64,000 nucleotides of DNA, from NCBI GenBank assembly GCA_038816475.1, contig JAWBAI010000001.1, positions 139,031 to 203,030 of the forward strand. The letters are read 5' to 3'. The notes below the pieces were generated by a model, which was not told the DNA's origin, made no database searches, and saw nothing but the letters and a program-made list of their open reading frames with translations. A program made the position numbers and the translations under genes. Source of the DNA: Desulfurococcaceae archaeon (lineage in GTDB: Archaea; Thermoproteota; Thermoprotei_A; Sulfolobales; Desulfurococcaceae). Shown here in pieces: positions 17,565-27,865 of the stretch (the stretch's first letter is position 1; each line of letters opens with the position of its first letter).

Positions 17565-18532
17565 AAGCTAGACCCCAAATAACAGAGTGCACCTGTAACT
17601 ATCAATGGAAGAACTATTGTTGCATCACCGTAAACAACAACACTTTTTCCAGAGGCTTTCACTTTACCCCAGCTAATGGCTTCTCGTGGATGCGCGCCAC
17701 TAAGGCTTCCATCGTACTCTACAGCCGTTGTTACATAAACAGCATAGTCTAACCCCTCTTTGAGCTGAGCCCACCAGATCGTGTGATGTTTACTGATACC
17801 TCCACCGATTATGAGAGCCCCCAGTTTCTTTGACGATACTACAAGCTCGATGATCTTTTTTTCATCGGTGATTAAGTCGAGTTCTACTCCAAGTGTGCTA
17901 TGATTGAACACTACTTGTGAACCGAAGGCTCCATCGTAGATACCGGGAACGAACACGGGTGTAGAAGTTTCATACGCTGAGCGAAGAATACTGTTCTCGT
18001 CATTAAGCCTTTTTCCTACCTCGTGCAAGATCTCACTAACACTCCACTTTTTCTTAATCTTTGCTAGCTCTTCCAGTAGACCACGCGTGAATTTCTCAAT
18101 AGCTACCCCGTAGTTTTCAACAGGAATGAGCACGTTTCCGAGTCTATGAATCCCAAGGCTGTATAGCATAGCATCGTCATACATCCATTCACCCTTAAAG
18201 TACTTGTGCTTAGTGCTTCTAGCAATGTCGTGGTCTATGGTACCACATGTTGTAACTATTGCGTGAAACCACCTGCTTTTAACAATCTGAGCGAGAACAC
18301 CTCGAAGCCCCGTGGACACAATATTCCCTGTAAATGACAGAATTCTTGTTGTATCAGGATCCTTGAGCATCTCAGCTAGAACAACAGAGGCTTTATACAC
18401 ATGTCCAGCCATGAATCCATGAGCTTTGCCGAAAGATTCTATCAGCTCGCAAACACTCATATCTGCGCGGACTCTGTAGTCCACAACTTCTTCCATGAGA
18501 ACTCTATGTTTAACTTCCTCGATGAACTCCAT
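17561..18532 (-). CDS. dys: Deoxyhypusine synthase
   Basis: GNIVSTGLRG, GGGISKHH, YDGSLSGA..EAISWGK. Confidence 0.95.
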   Translation of the reverse strand: MEFIEEVKHRVLMEEVVDYRVRADMSVCELIESFGKAHGFMAGHVYKASVVLAEMLKDPDTTRILSFTGNIVSTGLRGVLAQIVKSRWFHAIVTTCGTIDHDIARSTKHKYFKGEWMYDDAMLYSLGIHRLGNVLIPVENYGVAIEKFTRGLLEELAKIKKKWSVSEILHEVGKRLNDENSILRSAYETSTPVFVPGIYDGAFGSQVVFNHSTLGVELDLITDEKKIIELVVSSKKLGALIIGGGISKHHTIWWAQLKEGLDYAVYVTTAVEYDGSLSGAHPREAISWGKVKASGKSVVVYGDATIVLPLIVTGALCYLGSSF

Positions 18533-18626
18533 TCTCCGAGCTACACCCCTATGCCCATGATTTTAACATAGAGAACTATTATTTAGTAAGCTTATTCAAC
18601 AAATGCTAATTGGATAGGGACTTAAA

Positions 18627-19295
18627 TTGACTCTTGAGACAAAAGTACTGTATACAATGCTAAAACACAGAAAGCTTTTAATCGAAGAAATATCCATGTT
18701 AACTAATGCTTCAATCGAAGTTGTCGAGAATATCATAGATAGGTACAGAGCGTATTTCAAAACTCTCAGAGAAGAGATTGTACTAGTTAAACCTGTTGAA
18801 CTAGCACTTGTACTTATAAGCAGAGGTATCGAACCAGCAAAAGTCTGTGAAACTCTGAACTGGAGGGACTTCGAGGAGATTTCTCTACGCATCCTCTTGG
18901 AATCAGGATATGAAGCTGTGCACAGGTTGATGCTTACAAGCCCCGTAAGATTAGAAATTGACGTATTTGGTGTTGAGCCGGTTAGCGGCATAGGAGTAGC
19001 TATAGATTGTAAGCATTGGTCTGCGAACTCCGAGGCTAAGCTCGTGGAGGCTGCAAGTAAGCACATTGAGCGCATGAACAAGCTACTGAGATACTATACA
19101 TGGTTAAAAGCAAGGTACAGAGAGCTAGCTAAGGCTAAGTACGTTCTACCAGCTTTAGTGACGCTGTTCAAACCTCCACTAAGAGTATATGGCAACGTTC
19201 TAGTGCTAGGCATTGAGGAAATGCCACAGATCCTCAGAGATATACGTGTTGTAATAGACGCCTTTAGCTTAGAGCTGATCAAACTACCCACGTAG
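18627..19295 (+). CDS. HTH plus PD-(D/E)XK restriction-endonuclease-like protein
   Basis: WRDFEE...GY...EIDV...AIDCKHW (Mrr-like nuclease pattern). Confidence 0.75.
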   Translation: MTLETKVLYTMLKHRKLLIEEISMLTNASIEVVENIIDRYRAYFKTLREEIVLVKPVELALVLISRGIEPAKVCETLNWRDFEEISLRILLESGYEAVHRLMLTSPVRLEIDVFGVEPVSGIGVAIDCKHWSANSEAKLVEAASKHIERMNKLLRYYTWLKARYRELAKAKYVLPALVTLFKPPLRVYGNVLVLGIEEMPQILRDIRVVIDAFSLELIKLPT

Positions 19296-19340
19296 AAGCA
19301 TCCGGAGTTTTAAAATACAGCCAAGGATTCTATATTAGGG

Positions 19341-20093
19341 GTGTTAGCAGTGACACGCGTTGTACTCCCTGAGGCAAAGCTTTTCAAGGAAATAGTGGAA
19401 GCTATAGGGAACATAGCCGAGGAAGTAGCATTAAACCTTACACCTGAAGGTTTAAAGCTCAGCGCGTTCGATGTGGATCAGTCTTCATTGTTCATGGTGA
19501 ATTTTCCACCAGAGATGTTCATTGAGTACGATGTCGGGGAACCAGTTAAAATAGGAGTTTCGGTAAGCAACCTGAAGAAAATACTTAAGCATATTAAGAA
19601 AGGTGAAAACCTGGTTATAGAGCCGGAAGGTGACTATGTAAAATTCACCATTGGCGCTGGAGCAGTAGCTACAAGCATGTACAGGTTTAGAAACCTGGAT
19701 GTACCAGTTCAAGAGATCTCGGAGCTAGAGTTAAACTTCACGGTAACAGCTAAACTAATGGCGCAGGCATTGAAGAGAGTCATAGAGGATATAGAAGCAA
19801 CCGGTGGAAACACTGAGTTCAGCGCTGATGAGAACGCTCTTGTAATAAGAGCCGTGGGTGCAGGAAGACTTGAAGCAAAGTTCACCAAGGGCTCTCTCGC
19901 GCTAATATCCTTTGAGCTGCAGGAACAGGCTAAAGCTACATACGACACAGCAAAGCTAGTCAACATTCTAGCCGTAGCTAAGGTCTCAGACACCGTTACA
20001 ATACAGTTTGCAAACAAAATGCCACTTAAAGCGGAGTTTGTCGTAGGACCTGGCAAAATAGTGTACTTGCTCGCACCATTCGAAGTATCCTAG
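19341..20093 (+). CDS. pcn: DNA polymerase sliding clamp PCNA (one crenarchaeal paralog)
   Basis: About 250 aa, FKEIVEAI, F.EY, NLKKILK, C-terminal YLLAP; TTTTAAA promoter upstream; start may be GTG 19350. Confidence 0.92.
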   Translation: MLAVTRVVLPEAKLFKEIVEAIGNIAEEVALNLTPEGLKLSAFDVDQSSLFMVNFPPEMFIEYDVGEPVKIGVSVSNLKKILKHIKKGENLVIEPEGDYVKFTIGAGAVATSMYRFRNLDVPVQEISELELNFTVTAKLMAQALKRVIEDIEATGGNTEFSADENALVIRAVGAGRLEAKFTKGSLALISFELQEQAKATYDTAKLVNILAVAKVSDTVTIQFANKMPLKAEFVVGPGKIVYLLAPFEVS

Positions 20094-20118
20094 GATAAAG
20101 CACCTAACCTGGATAGGG

Positions 20119-20769
20119 GTGAACAAGACCATAGGTTCTTTGATAGTTGAAAAAGTATTGAATACACTGAGTGAAGTCTACAGAAAGCACAAAAGCTGTA
20201 AATACGCTGTTCTAAACGATGTATCGGTAGTACTCTACGGGCTAGTAAAACCGATCGAAGAGGTTAGAATTGTTTCAAAGAGAGATTGCGCTGAGGAACT
20301 ACTATACACGCTGCTAAAAGCATTCAATGTCGAGGAAAACTATGCTGAAGCTGTCAAAAACCTCAGAGATCATGGTGTAGTTGCTGTATCAACAATATTC
20401 TACCCATTGGTCGTGGTTGAAACCGCTAGATCAAGCATAGATGAGCTACTAGTAGAAAACACCATTGATGTAGAACTGGATAACTACTTTTTGAGAATAC
20501 CTAAACTACAGCACCTAATAGCGAAGCTTATTCACATTGGAGTTTACCCATATACCGAGTACGCTTACGCTCTATTAGTTCAGTGGTTAAAGCGAATCGA
20601 CACGGACGAGCTCATTTCCCTCTTCGTGAAGTCTGAAATAGACCTTGAGAAAGTAGTGAGTAAGCTCAGAACCATACTGGAACTCTTCACGGGATTTCCA
20701 GATCTTACGGAGGAGTTTAAACTTGGAATGAGCTTGATAGATAAGCTTCAAAGAAAACAAACCCAATAA
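20119..20769 (+). CDS. Hypothetical protein, degenerate nucleotidyltransferase-like fold
   Basis: YAVLNDVSVVLYG..K..EEVRIV aligns with Y..IGG.A...YG..R.T.DVD.V but catalytic residues are altered; LIAKL. Confidence 0.55.
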   Translation: MNKTIGSLIVEKVLNTLSEVYRKHKSCKYAVLNDVSVVLYGLVKPIEEVRIVSKRDCAEELLYTLLKAFNVEENYAEAVKNLRDHGVVAVSTIFYPLVVVETARSSIDELLVENTIDVELDNYFLRIPKLQHLIAKLIHIGVYPYTEYAYALLVQWLKRIDTDELISLFVKSEIDLEKVVSKLRTILELFTGFPDLTEEFKLGMSLIDKLQRKQTQ

Positions 20770-21043
20770 CTGTTTCAATCGAAGTCTTGAAGACCTTGAG
20801 GCACGGAGATCCAAGACAGAGTTTACAGCCGACACTAGGCATTCTTAAAGTGATGCTTACTGAATACAGCACTATAACTTTGTTCTTCTTTAAGGCGCAT
20901 ACGTCACCGGACTTTTTCCATCCTAGGATATTCTGCTGGAAGATTTTACTTAATAGAACCGTTGCAAAATTTTTATAACACTTTATTGTTTGTGTTTCCA
21001 TTATGGTAAATCATCGTTTAGATGGTAAGGTGTGCAGTAGGCT

Positions 21044-22228
21044 ATGAGTGAAAGCATATTCGCAAAATTGCAGCCAATGTCACCCGGACAAGAGGAGATG
21101 ATCAAGGTACTCGCTGATAGAAAGTACGAGATAGTTGGATTGTTTGGACCTACTGGTAGCGGGAAAAGCTTGTTCAGCATAGCCTATGGAATAGACTCCG
21201 TTCTTTCTGGAAGGTACAGAAGGTTCGTTATCACAAGACCTCTAATTGACGTTGTATCTGGAAAAGAGCTAACAGCAGCAGATATGGGTGAAATGTACTA
21301 CAGAGTAGTACAGTCTTACGTTGAGGATGTGATATCAGGGCTTTTAGATTGGAGCAAAGTTCAGGAGATCATCTCCAAGGGTCAAGTAGTGTTTGCAGAT
21401 ACGCATTACCTCAAAGGTAGAACATTCGATGATTCCATTATACTACTAGATGATGCACAAAATATTCCCGTTGAAACAGCTATTGAGGTTATAACGAGAG
21501 TAGGTAAGAACAGTAGATTGATAATAGCAGGTGACCCGGTATTCCAGAGGAGCATTGGAAGCAGAGACGCGGCATCACTACTAAGAGAACTGCTGATGGG
21601 AGAAGAAAAAGCGAGAATAGTAGACCTTGGGTTAAAGGACATTATTAGACCAGGAGCTAGAATGGGTATTAAGCTGTTACTAGAGTCTAAAATGAGAGGC
21701 AGAACAATGAACGAAGTGGAGAAGCAGGTCATGTCATCTGCCAATGTTCACGCACCAGACGCTGACCTGATAACAGTTGTAGATCTCATAGGATTAAAGA
21801 AGAAGTTCAACATAACAAGTGAGCATACTCCAGACGCTTTAATAGTTGTAAAGGAGGGCTTCCAGGGAAGATTGATTGGCAAGGGAGGAGAGAGAATAAA
21901 CGCCATCGAAAAGGATACAGAACTTAAGCTTAGAGCTGTAGAATTGACACTAGATTTCAAGCCGTTCATAAGAGCTGTTCACCCGGTTAGCTGGATCTAC
22001 AAGCACATTGTAGACGTAGACTTCGCCGGGCCATACCTAGCAGTAAAAGTAGAGAGTAATGCCTACGGTGCATTTGTTGGTCAAAAGGGTGTTCACGTAA
22101 GGTTCCTTGACGCGTTCTTCACAAGCTTAATGGACATTGGAGTTAAATGCTACGAAGTTGAAGCGGTAGAAGAAAAATCCAGGAAGAAGGCAAAAGAACG
22201 TAAACGAGAAGAAAGAAGTAGAACATGA
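21044..22228 (+). CDS. PhoH-family ATPase fused to C-terminal KH domains
   Basis: GPTGSGKS, ITRP, KGRTF, DDAQN, TRVG, GDP; GxxG loops IGKGG and VGQKG. Confidence 0.88.
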   Translation: MSESIFAKLQPMSPGQEEMIKVLADRKYEIVGLFGPTGSGKSLFSIAYGIDSVLSGRYRRFVITRPLIDVVSGKELTAADMGEMYYRVVQSYVEDVISGLLDWSKVQEIISKGQVVFADTHYLKGRTFDDSIILLDDAQNIPVETAIEVITRVGKNSRLIIAGDPVFQRSIGSRDAASLLRELLMGEEKARIVDLGLKDIIRPGARMGIKLLLESKMRGRTMNEVEKQVMSSANVHAPDADLITVVDLIGLKKKFNITSEHTPDALIVVKEGFQGRLIGKGGERINAIEKDTELKLRAVELTLDFKPFIRAVHPVSWIYKHIVDVDFAGPYLAVKVESNAYGAFVGQKGVHVRFLDAFFTSLMDIGVKCYEVEAVEEKSRKKAKERKREERSRT

Positions 22229-22230
22229 TT

Positions 22231-23091
22231 TTAACTCACATGAACATCTACAACGACTTGGTGCATTCGCGGACCCACATTTCTGATCTTTCTTACGTTT
22301 AAAATCCTGTAGTTTCTTACACCTACTTCGTGGAGTTTTGCATCAACAATACTTAAGGCTTTATGTTTCCAGTGTTCACCTCTCTCTGTTTTAACGTGTA
22401 GGTACACGTGAATGTAACCTCTTCTACCTTGAAGAGCCTCTAGGGCGTACGCTAGGTACTCAAGTGCAAGCTCTGGATATGGCATAAGTACGCGGTTGGC
22501 AACGTTCCTTAGCTTGGTCATGATGACATCTTTTGCATCCCCTAGCAGAGCTTCAACGACGTGTTCGACTTTGTTCAGCTTGATGTTTTCAACCATGTAG
22601 TAGTAAGCGTCAGGGTTGATGTCTATGCTGTAGACTTTCAAGGGGTTTGAGTACTTCGCTATTATTATGCTGAAAAGCCCAGCTCCTGCGAACATGTTGA
22701 CAACAACTTCGCCGGGTTCAACGAGCTTTGCGATCCTTATGTGCTCGTAGTTTAAGCTCGGTGATATGTATACCTTGTTAATGTCAACCTTGAAGAGGCA
22801 CCCGTGTTCCTTGTACACGGTTTCGCTTCTCTGCTCGCCGGCAAGCCATATGTATTTTCTAAGTCTGTAAGCTCCTTCTATGCCAGGTATAGCTGCCCAC
22901 ACGCTTTTCACGTAAGGGAACCTCTTGATGATCTCCTCGGCAAGAGGTTTGAGTAGTAGCGGCTCCAAGCCGAGAGGGGTTCTAATGAGAGCTATATCAC
23001 CTATGAACTCCAGTCTTTTCCATAACCTGGAAGCGATCTCTTCACCAAGAACTTCTTTAGCTATTTTCCTCAGTAGCTCTCCACGAGTCAC
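22231..23091 (-). CDS. Trm5/Taw2 (Met-10+) family tRNA-modifying SAM-dependent transferase
   Basis: IGDIA, KEHGC.F.VD, NMFAGAG.F, IDINP, NRVLMPYP. Confidence 0.88.
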   Translation of the reverse strand: MTRGELLRKIAKEVLGEEIASRLWKRLEFIGDIALIRTPLGLEPLLLKPLAEEIIKRFPYVKSVWAAIPGIEGAYRLRKYIWLAGEQRSETVYKEHGCLFKVDINKVYISPSLNYEHIRIAKLVEPGEVVVNMFAGAGLFSIIIAKYSNPLKVYSIDINPDAYYYMVENIKLNKVEHVVEALLGDAKDVIMTKLRNVANRVLMPYPELALEYLAYALEALQGRRGYIHVYLHVKTERGEHWKHKALSIVDAKLHEVGVRNYRILNVRKIRNVGPRMHQVVVDVHVS

Positions 23092-23813
23092 TTTGCATCT
23101 TCCGCAGGGTATCTACAGTATTTCCTTATTGCACACCCAGAGCATAGCGGTGATCTCGAGCGGCAGATTTTTCTACCGTGAGTTATGAGAAGAAGATGTA
23201 GCGGAAGATAATACCTGGGTGATGTGTTTTTCATCCAGAAGCTTCTTACAAGCTCGTAGTTCTTCTTGTTCACGAAGCCCAGTCTAAGCGTTATCCTCAT
23301 AATGTGCGTATCAACGGGGAACGTGGGTACACCGTATCGCATCAGCAGTACTACATCAGCTGTTTTGGCTCCAACTCCGGGAAGGTCGATTAGAAGTTTT
23401 CGAGCTTCATCATATCTTCCGCTTTTAACGTAGTTTGTTAACGCATTCTCTAAGTTTCCTTCCACAAAGATCTTTGCAAGCTCGATCAGCTTGAGAGATC
23501 TCTGCTTATGCATTCCAGCTACTCTTATACTCGATGAAAGTTCGTCTACACCCATTTCAATGACAGCTTGAGGAGTAATAACTTGAAGTTTCTTCTTAAG
23601 GTTTGCGTAGGCTCTCCAAGCGTTCTTGTCACTAGTATTCTGGCTGAGCACTACGGCAACGATGAACTCGAAAAGCGGAACACTGCTAAGTTTAGGAGCA
23701 ACAAAGTCGTCGATATTAATCTTGTGGATTCTTGAGAGATTCTCGTATATTTCATCCCCGATCATACTGTTCGCCTTTGAATACCTTGCATGCTTTTTAC
23801 ACGATGAACACAC
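23088..23813 (-). CDS. nth: Endonuclease III
   Basis: LSQNT, HhH LPGVGAKTA, FPVDTH, C-x6-C-x2-C-x5-C cluster; true start may be ATG 23765. Confidence 0.93.
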   Translation of the reverse strand: MCSSCKKHARYSKANSMIGDEIYENLSRIHKINIDDFVAPKLSSVPLFEFIVAVVLSQNTSDKNAWRAYANLKKKLQVITPQAVIEMGVDELSSSIRVAGMHKQRSLKLIELAKIFVEGNLENALTNYVKSGRYDEARKLLIDLPGVGAKTADVVLLMRYGVPTFPVDTHIMRITLRLGFVNKKNYELVRSFWMKNTSPRYYLPLHLLLITHGRKICRSRSPLCSGCAIRKYCRYPAEDAK

Positions 23814-23847
23814 GTTCGATCAGGACTCTTAACTCTCTATCTTCTAT

Positions 23848-25146
23848 CTACGGGTATATTCTCTCTCTGTACCTTGGAAACGGAATAGCCTCTCTAATAT
23901 GGTCTAGTCCTGCTATCCACATTACAGCTCTTTCGATACCCAGACCGAAACCACTGTGTGGAATACTACCGTACTTTCTCAGGTCAAGGTACCACTTGTA
24001 GTCCTCGGGGTTTAACCCTTGTTCGAGGATCCTTTGGTGAAGTATCTCGTAGTTGTCTTCTCTTTCACCACCACCGATTATTTCTCCGTAACCTTCAGGA
24101 GCTAGTAGGTCAAAGCCTAGGACTACATCTGGTCTTGACCTGTCGATCTTCATGTAGAAGCTCTTAATGTGCTTTGGGAAATGCGTTACGAAGAATGGTG
24201 TCTCGAACTCCATTGATAAAACTCTCTCCTCGTCAGCACCCAGGTCATCGCCCCACTTTACGTTAACTCCTTTCTTCTGGAGCATTTCAATCGCTTCATC
24301 GTATTTGACCCTTGGGTAGGGTGTGTTTAAAGCCTTCTTCAGGAGGTTTACATTCCTTCCCAGTTCTTCGAGATCCCTTCTGCGCTCTTCGAGAACTTTT
24401 TCAACAATGTACGCTACTAGCTCCTCGGCGACTTTCATCATGTCCTCAAAGCTGTACCAGGCTGCTTCGGGTTCAAGGTGCCAGTACTCTGCTAGGTGCC
24501 TCCTTGTTCTTGATTTCTCAGCTCGAAAACTAGGAGTTAAACTCCACACCTTCTCTAACACGTAGACTAGTGCTTCCAGGTACAACTGAGCGCTCTGGCT
24601 TAGGTACGCTCTCGAGCCGAAGTAGTCTACGGGAAACAGCGTTGCTCCACCTTCGCACGCTGATGCTGTGAGTATCGGTGGTGTTACTTCCCACCAGCCA
24701 TTGTTCGTGAAGTATTCTCTACCGGCTTTTAGAACGGTGTGTTTTATTTTGAAAATCCTAGCGTATTTTGGGCTTCTAATCCACAAGTGTCTTACATCAA
24801 GAAGGTACTCTACTCCTTCACCGCCTTTGATCGGAAAGTCTCTGCTGTACCCGGTTATTACGAAGTAGTCGGAGTCGAGTTCGTAGCCACCTGGAGCTCT
24901 CTCCTCTCTTTTCACAGTTCCACAGGTTACAACGCTCGCCTCCAGTCCTATATCCTTCAGTGCATCTACGAGTGGTTCGCCAAGCTTAGCAGCATCAACA
25001 ACTACCTGGATAACACCGGTGGAATCTCGAACTCTTACAAATGCTTTTTTACCAACTACGCTCCTCCTGTATATCCATCCGCGTATACAAACCCGCTGAT
25101 CCACATAAGCATCGTTCATGACTTCTTCAACATGTTTGAACTCCAA
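23848..25146 (-). CDS. asnS: Asparaginyl-tRNA synthetase
   Basis: RHLWIRS, YLSQSAQLYLE, FRAEKSRTRRHLAE, GEIIGG, PHSGFGLG. Confidence 0.95.
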   Translation of the reverse strand: MEFKHVEEVMNDAYVDQRVCIRGWIYRRSVVGKKAFVRVRDSTGVIQVVVDAAKLGEPLVDALKDIGLEASVVTCGTVKREERAPGGYELDSDYFVITGYSRDFPIKGGEGVEYLLDVRHLWIRSPKYARIFKIKHTVLKAGREYFTNNGWWEVTPPILTASACEGGATLFPVDYFGSRAYLSQSAQLYLEALVYVLEKVWSLTPSFRAEKSRTRRHLAEYWHLEPEAAWYSFEDMMKVAEELVAYIVEKVLEERRRDLEELGRNVNLLKKALNTPYPRVKYDEAIEMLQKKGVNVKWGDDLGADEERVLSMEFETPFFVTHFPKHIKSFYMKIDRSRPDVVLGFDLLAPEGYGEIIGGGEREDNYEILHQRILEQGLNPEDYKWYLDLRKYGSIPHSGFGLGIERAVMWIAGLDHIREAIPFPRYRERIYP

Positions 25147-25216
25147 AGTAGCTCAGCCCTCTCTAGTGTAGTTTAAGCAGTCTAAGGAGTAATATAGAGA
25201 GCTACAAGAGGTTTCT

Positions 25217-25759
25217 CTAGGGTAGTCTTCTCGCCATGACATAAGCGTCTTCTCCATCGAGGTAGTAGCCTTTTTCTATCTTCATTACCCTGTACCCTAG
25301 TTTTTCGTACAGCTTTATTGCAGGCACATTGGATACTCTAACCTCGAGGTATGTTTCACCACACTTGTACTTATCGTACAGGTTCTTCATAGCATGCGCC
25401 ATTAAAGCGTACCCCAGTCCTTTCTGTCGGTGTTTTTCGAGTACTGCTATGCTTACTATGTGACCGCTCTTAACAAGGAATTTTTTGAAGAAACCCGGTT
25501 TCATTTCAACTCTGCACATTACGTACCCAACTACCTCTTCCTCTGGTGACTCAGCAACGTAGAAGGCTTCACCCCAGTTCTCCAGTAGTTCCACGAAGAA
25601 GCTCCTGGGGTAGTGTTCTGGTAGTGAGAGCATGTTGATCTCTATGACCTTGTCTATGTCGTTGCTTGTTGCACATCTAACTCTGTAGCCGGGAGCTTTG
25701 GTAGATAAGCGTCTTCGAGCTTCCTCGAAAATACTCTCGACGCTAGGTTCATACCCCAT
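25217..25759 (-). CDS. N-terminal acetyltransferase (Ard1/RimI-like GNAT)
   Basis: LPEHY, GHIVSIAV, RQKGLG, YLEVRVSN, YYLDGEDA. Confidence 0.92.
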   Translation of the reverse strand: MGYEPSVESIFEEARRRLSTKAPGYRVRCATSNDIDKVIEINMLSLPEHYPRSFFVELLENWGEAFYVAESPEEEVVGYVMCRVEMKPGFFKKFLVKSGHIVSIAVLEKHRQKGLGYALMAHAMKNLYDKYKCGETYLEVRVSNVPAIKLYEKLGYRVMKIEKGYYLDGEDAYVMARRLP

Positions 25760-25802
25760 ATTAAGCCCTGGTTTATAGTAAACCGTGTAAAGGTGTTAAT
25801 TA

Positions 25803-27047
25803 GTGTTTAAGGAGACGTGGAGATTACCGGAGGACATTGGGTTATCGGTTTACACCCCGCTCTACGGGAAGAACATAGTTCTTGGCGTCACTGGTTCAAC
25901 AGCGGCTTACAGATCCGTAGACCTCGCTAGAGCCCTGATTAGAGCTGGTGCGTCTATCAAAGTGGTAATGACAAAGTTTGCGGCAAGGTTGGTAAGCCCA
26001 GACCTATTCCACTGGGCTACCGGTTCAAAACCCTACGTGGAGATGACAGGTGAAACCGAGCACATAGACCTGGCTAAGTGGGCTGATGCCGTGGTTATAG
26101 CACCAGCCACTCTCAACACCATCTGTAAGCTTGCAAACGGGGTTCTAGATGAGCTTCTGGTTTTAACAGCTACAGCTGCGATCGGAAGCGGTAAGAAAGT
26201 CATAGTTGTACCAGCGATGAACATAAGGCTTCTCAGATCACCCGTTTACGGAAGATGCGTAGAGATGCTGAGAGAATACGGTGTTCTCGTTGTTCCACCC
26301 TACGTAGAAGAGGACAAAGCCAAGTATCCTCCACTTCAGGACCTAGTGCACTACATTGACGCTGTGGTCAACAGAGGCAGAGACCTCGAGGGTGCTCGAG
26401 TACTTGTTACAGCAGGACCTACGAGGGAGTACATAGATCCAGTTAGAGTTTTAACGAACCCGAGCAGTGGGTTAATGGGGGTTCTCGTAGCACGTGAAGC
26501 TGTAGCTAGAGGCGCAATGGTCACCCTGGTTCATGGGCCTCTATCCACGGATGCCCCCTACATGGTTGAAAAGGTTCACGTGGATACGACAGAAGATATG
26601 GCTAGAGCGGTTAATGAGTACACGTCTAAGTACAACTACGATGCAGTAGTTCTTGCTGCAGCACCAGCTGATTACAAGCCTAAGGTGAAATCGGAGAGCA
26701 AGATACCTACGAAGCAGTTCAGAGAACTTGTTCTCGAGCTCGAGTCCACGCCAAAGGTTGTAAAGGCTATTGTTAACAAACCAAGGGTTCTTGTAGGTTT
26801 TGCTGCTGAGACAGCGCGTGGAGATGAGCTACGCAGGAAAGCCCTCGAGAAGATCTCCGAGTACGGCTTCGACATTATTGTAGCAAACAACATCTTATCC
26901 GAGAAGGCTGGATTCGGAAAGATCTTCCTTGAAGCAGTAATACTGAACGATAAGGATGAACTAATAGCTGAAGGGCTACTCACAAAACACGAGATAGCCA
27001 GATATGTAGTTGACTACATTTCAAGAATCCTTAAGAAAGAAAGCTAA
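25803..27047 (+). CDS. coaBC: Phosphopantothenoylcysteine decarboxylase/ligase
   Basis: GVTGS, EHIDL, PATLN, PAMN, TAGPTRE.IDPVR, GFAAET, VAN. Confidence 0.95.
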   Translation: MFKETWRLPEDIGLSVYTPLYGKNIVLGVTGSTAAYRSVDLARALIRAGASIKVVMTKFAARLVSPDLFHWATGSKPYVEMTGETEHIDLAKWADAVVIAPATLNTICKLANGVLDELLVLTATAAIGSGKKVIVVPAMNIRLLRSPVYGRCVEMLREYGVLVVPPYVEEDKAKYPPLQDLVHYIDAVVNRGRDLEGARVLVTAGPTREYIDPVRVLTNPSSGLMGVLVAREAVARGAMVTLVHGPLSTDAPYMVEKVHVDTTEDMARAVNEYTSKYNYDAVVLAAAPADYKPKVKSESKIPTKQFRELVLELESTPKVVKAIVNKPRVLVGFAAETARGDELRRKALEKISEYGFDIIVANNILSEKAGFGKIFLEAVILNDKDELIAEGLLTKHEIARYVVDYISRILKKES

Positions 27048-27085
27048 ACCAGGGTTGCTCTTCTAGCCTTCTCCGGAGGATGCGT

Positions 27086-27865
27086 TTAAGGGAAACTAAC
27101 TATGAGCTTGGACTCTGATAGCTCCTGCAGTCTTCTAAGAATGTATCTTAGCGCTTCCTGTAGTACAGAGTTGTTGTCGTAGCTACTCACTATAGCTTCT
27201 AGCTCACCGCGGTTTTTGCTCTTGAACTCCTTGACCTTCTGGACAAGCAATGGCATCGCTCTCACAACGTTATCCACTATCGTTACGGACGCGCTTCTAG
27301 CAGTTCTAGATAGGGGGTTTAAGTCTATGGCTACAACTGTTTTACCCATTTTTCGAAGAGCCTCTGTTCTATCCCCGTCCTCCAGTGGTACGAGTACAAC
27401 ATCTGCTATCAGAATTCCACGCGGACTCACACGCCTTCTCTCGCTGAAGAGCTCTGGTATCGTAGCGGATGCATCGTCTCCTACCCCGAGAACCTCGGTA
27501 GCACCATGTTCGCGGAGCCATTTAGCAATAGCTTCTTCTCTTTCCCTTGTTCTGTAGAACAGGTTAACTTCGATCTTCGCGTTTGCCTCTTTAGCTAGTT
27601 CCACGATTTCTCTGGGGACGAGAGCAGCGGTATTACCGTTGACCGAGATAACGGGGTACTTGGCGAGTAAGAGGTAAGCGGCAGCAGCTTCAATGGCCTT
27701 CTGTGCGAACGATTGCGTTGTTTCACCTAAGAGGTAATCAAAGCATTCACCACGACCGTGAGCGATCAATCCTTCTTCGACTACAAGTCCTCTGCGGAAA
27801 CCCTCAACCAATTTCTCTCTAATCAGTAGACTTGTTCTCCTCGGATGATTAATTGGTATGAACAA
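27086..27865 (-). CDS. 4-phosphopantoate--beta-alanine ligase (archaeal PPS)
   Basis: [45 protein letters not shown]. Confidence 0.95.
   Translation of the reverse strand: MFIPINHPRRTSLLIREKLVEGFRRGLVVEEGLIAHGRGECFDYLLGETTQSFAQKAIEAAAAYLLLAKYPVISVNGNTAALVPREIVELAKEANAKIEVNLFYRTREREEAIAKWLREHGATEVLGVGDDASATIPELFSERRRVSPRGILIADVVLVPLEDGDRTEALRKMGKTVVAIDLNPLSRTARSASVTIVDNVVRAMPLLVQKVKEFKSKNRGELEAIVSSYDNNSVLQEALRYILRRLQELSESKLIVSFP

Noticed and set aside
20587-21001. Small ORFs on both strands, including GGTGA-preceded MRLKEEQSYSAVFSKHHFKNA*
   Set aside because: Short, atypical composition and mutually overlapping; the resemblance to a toxin N-terminus is too weak to call
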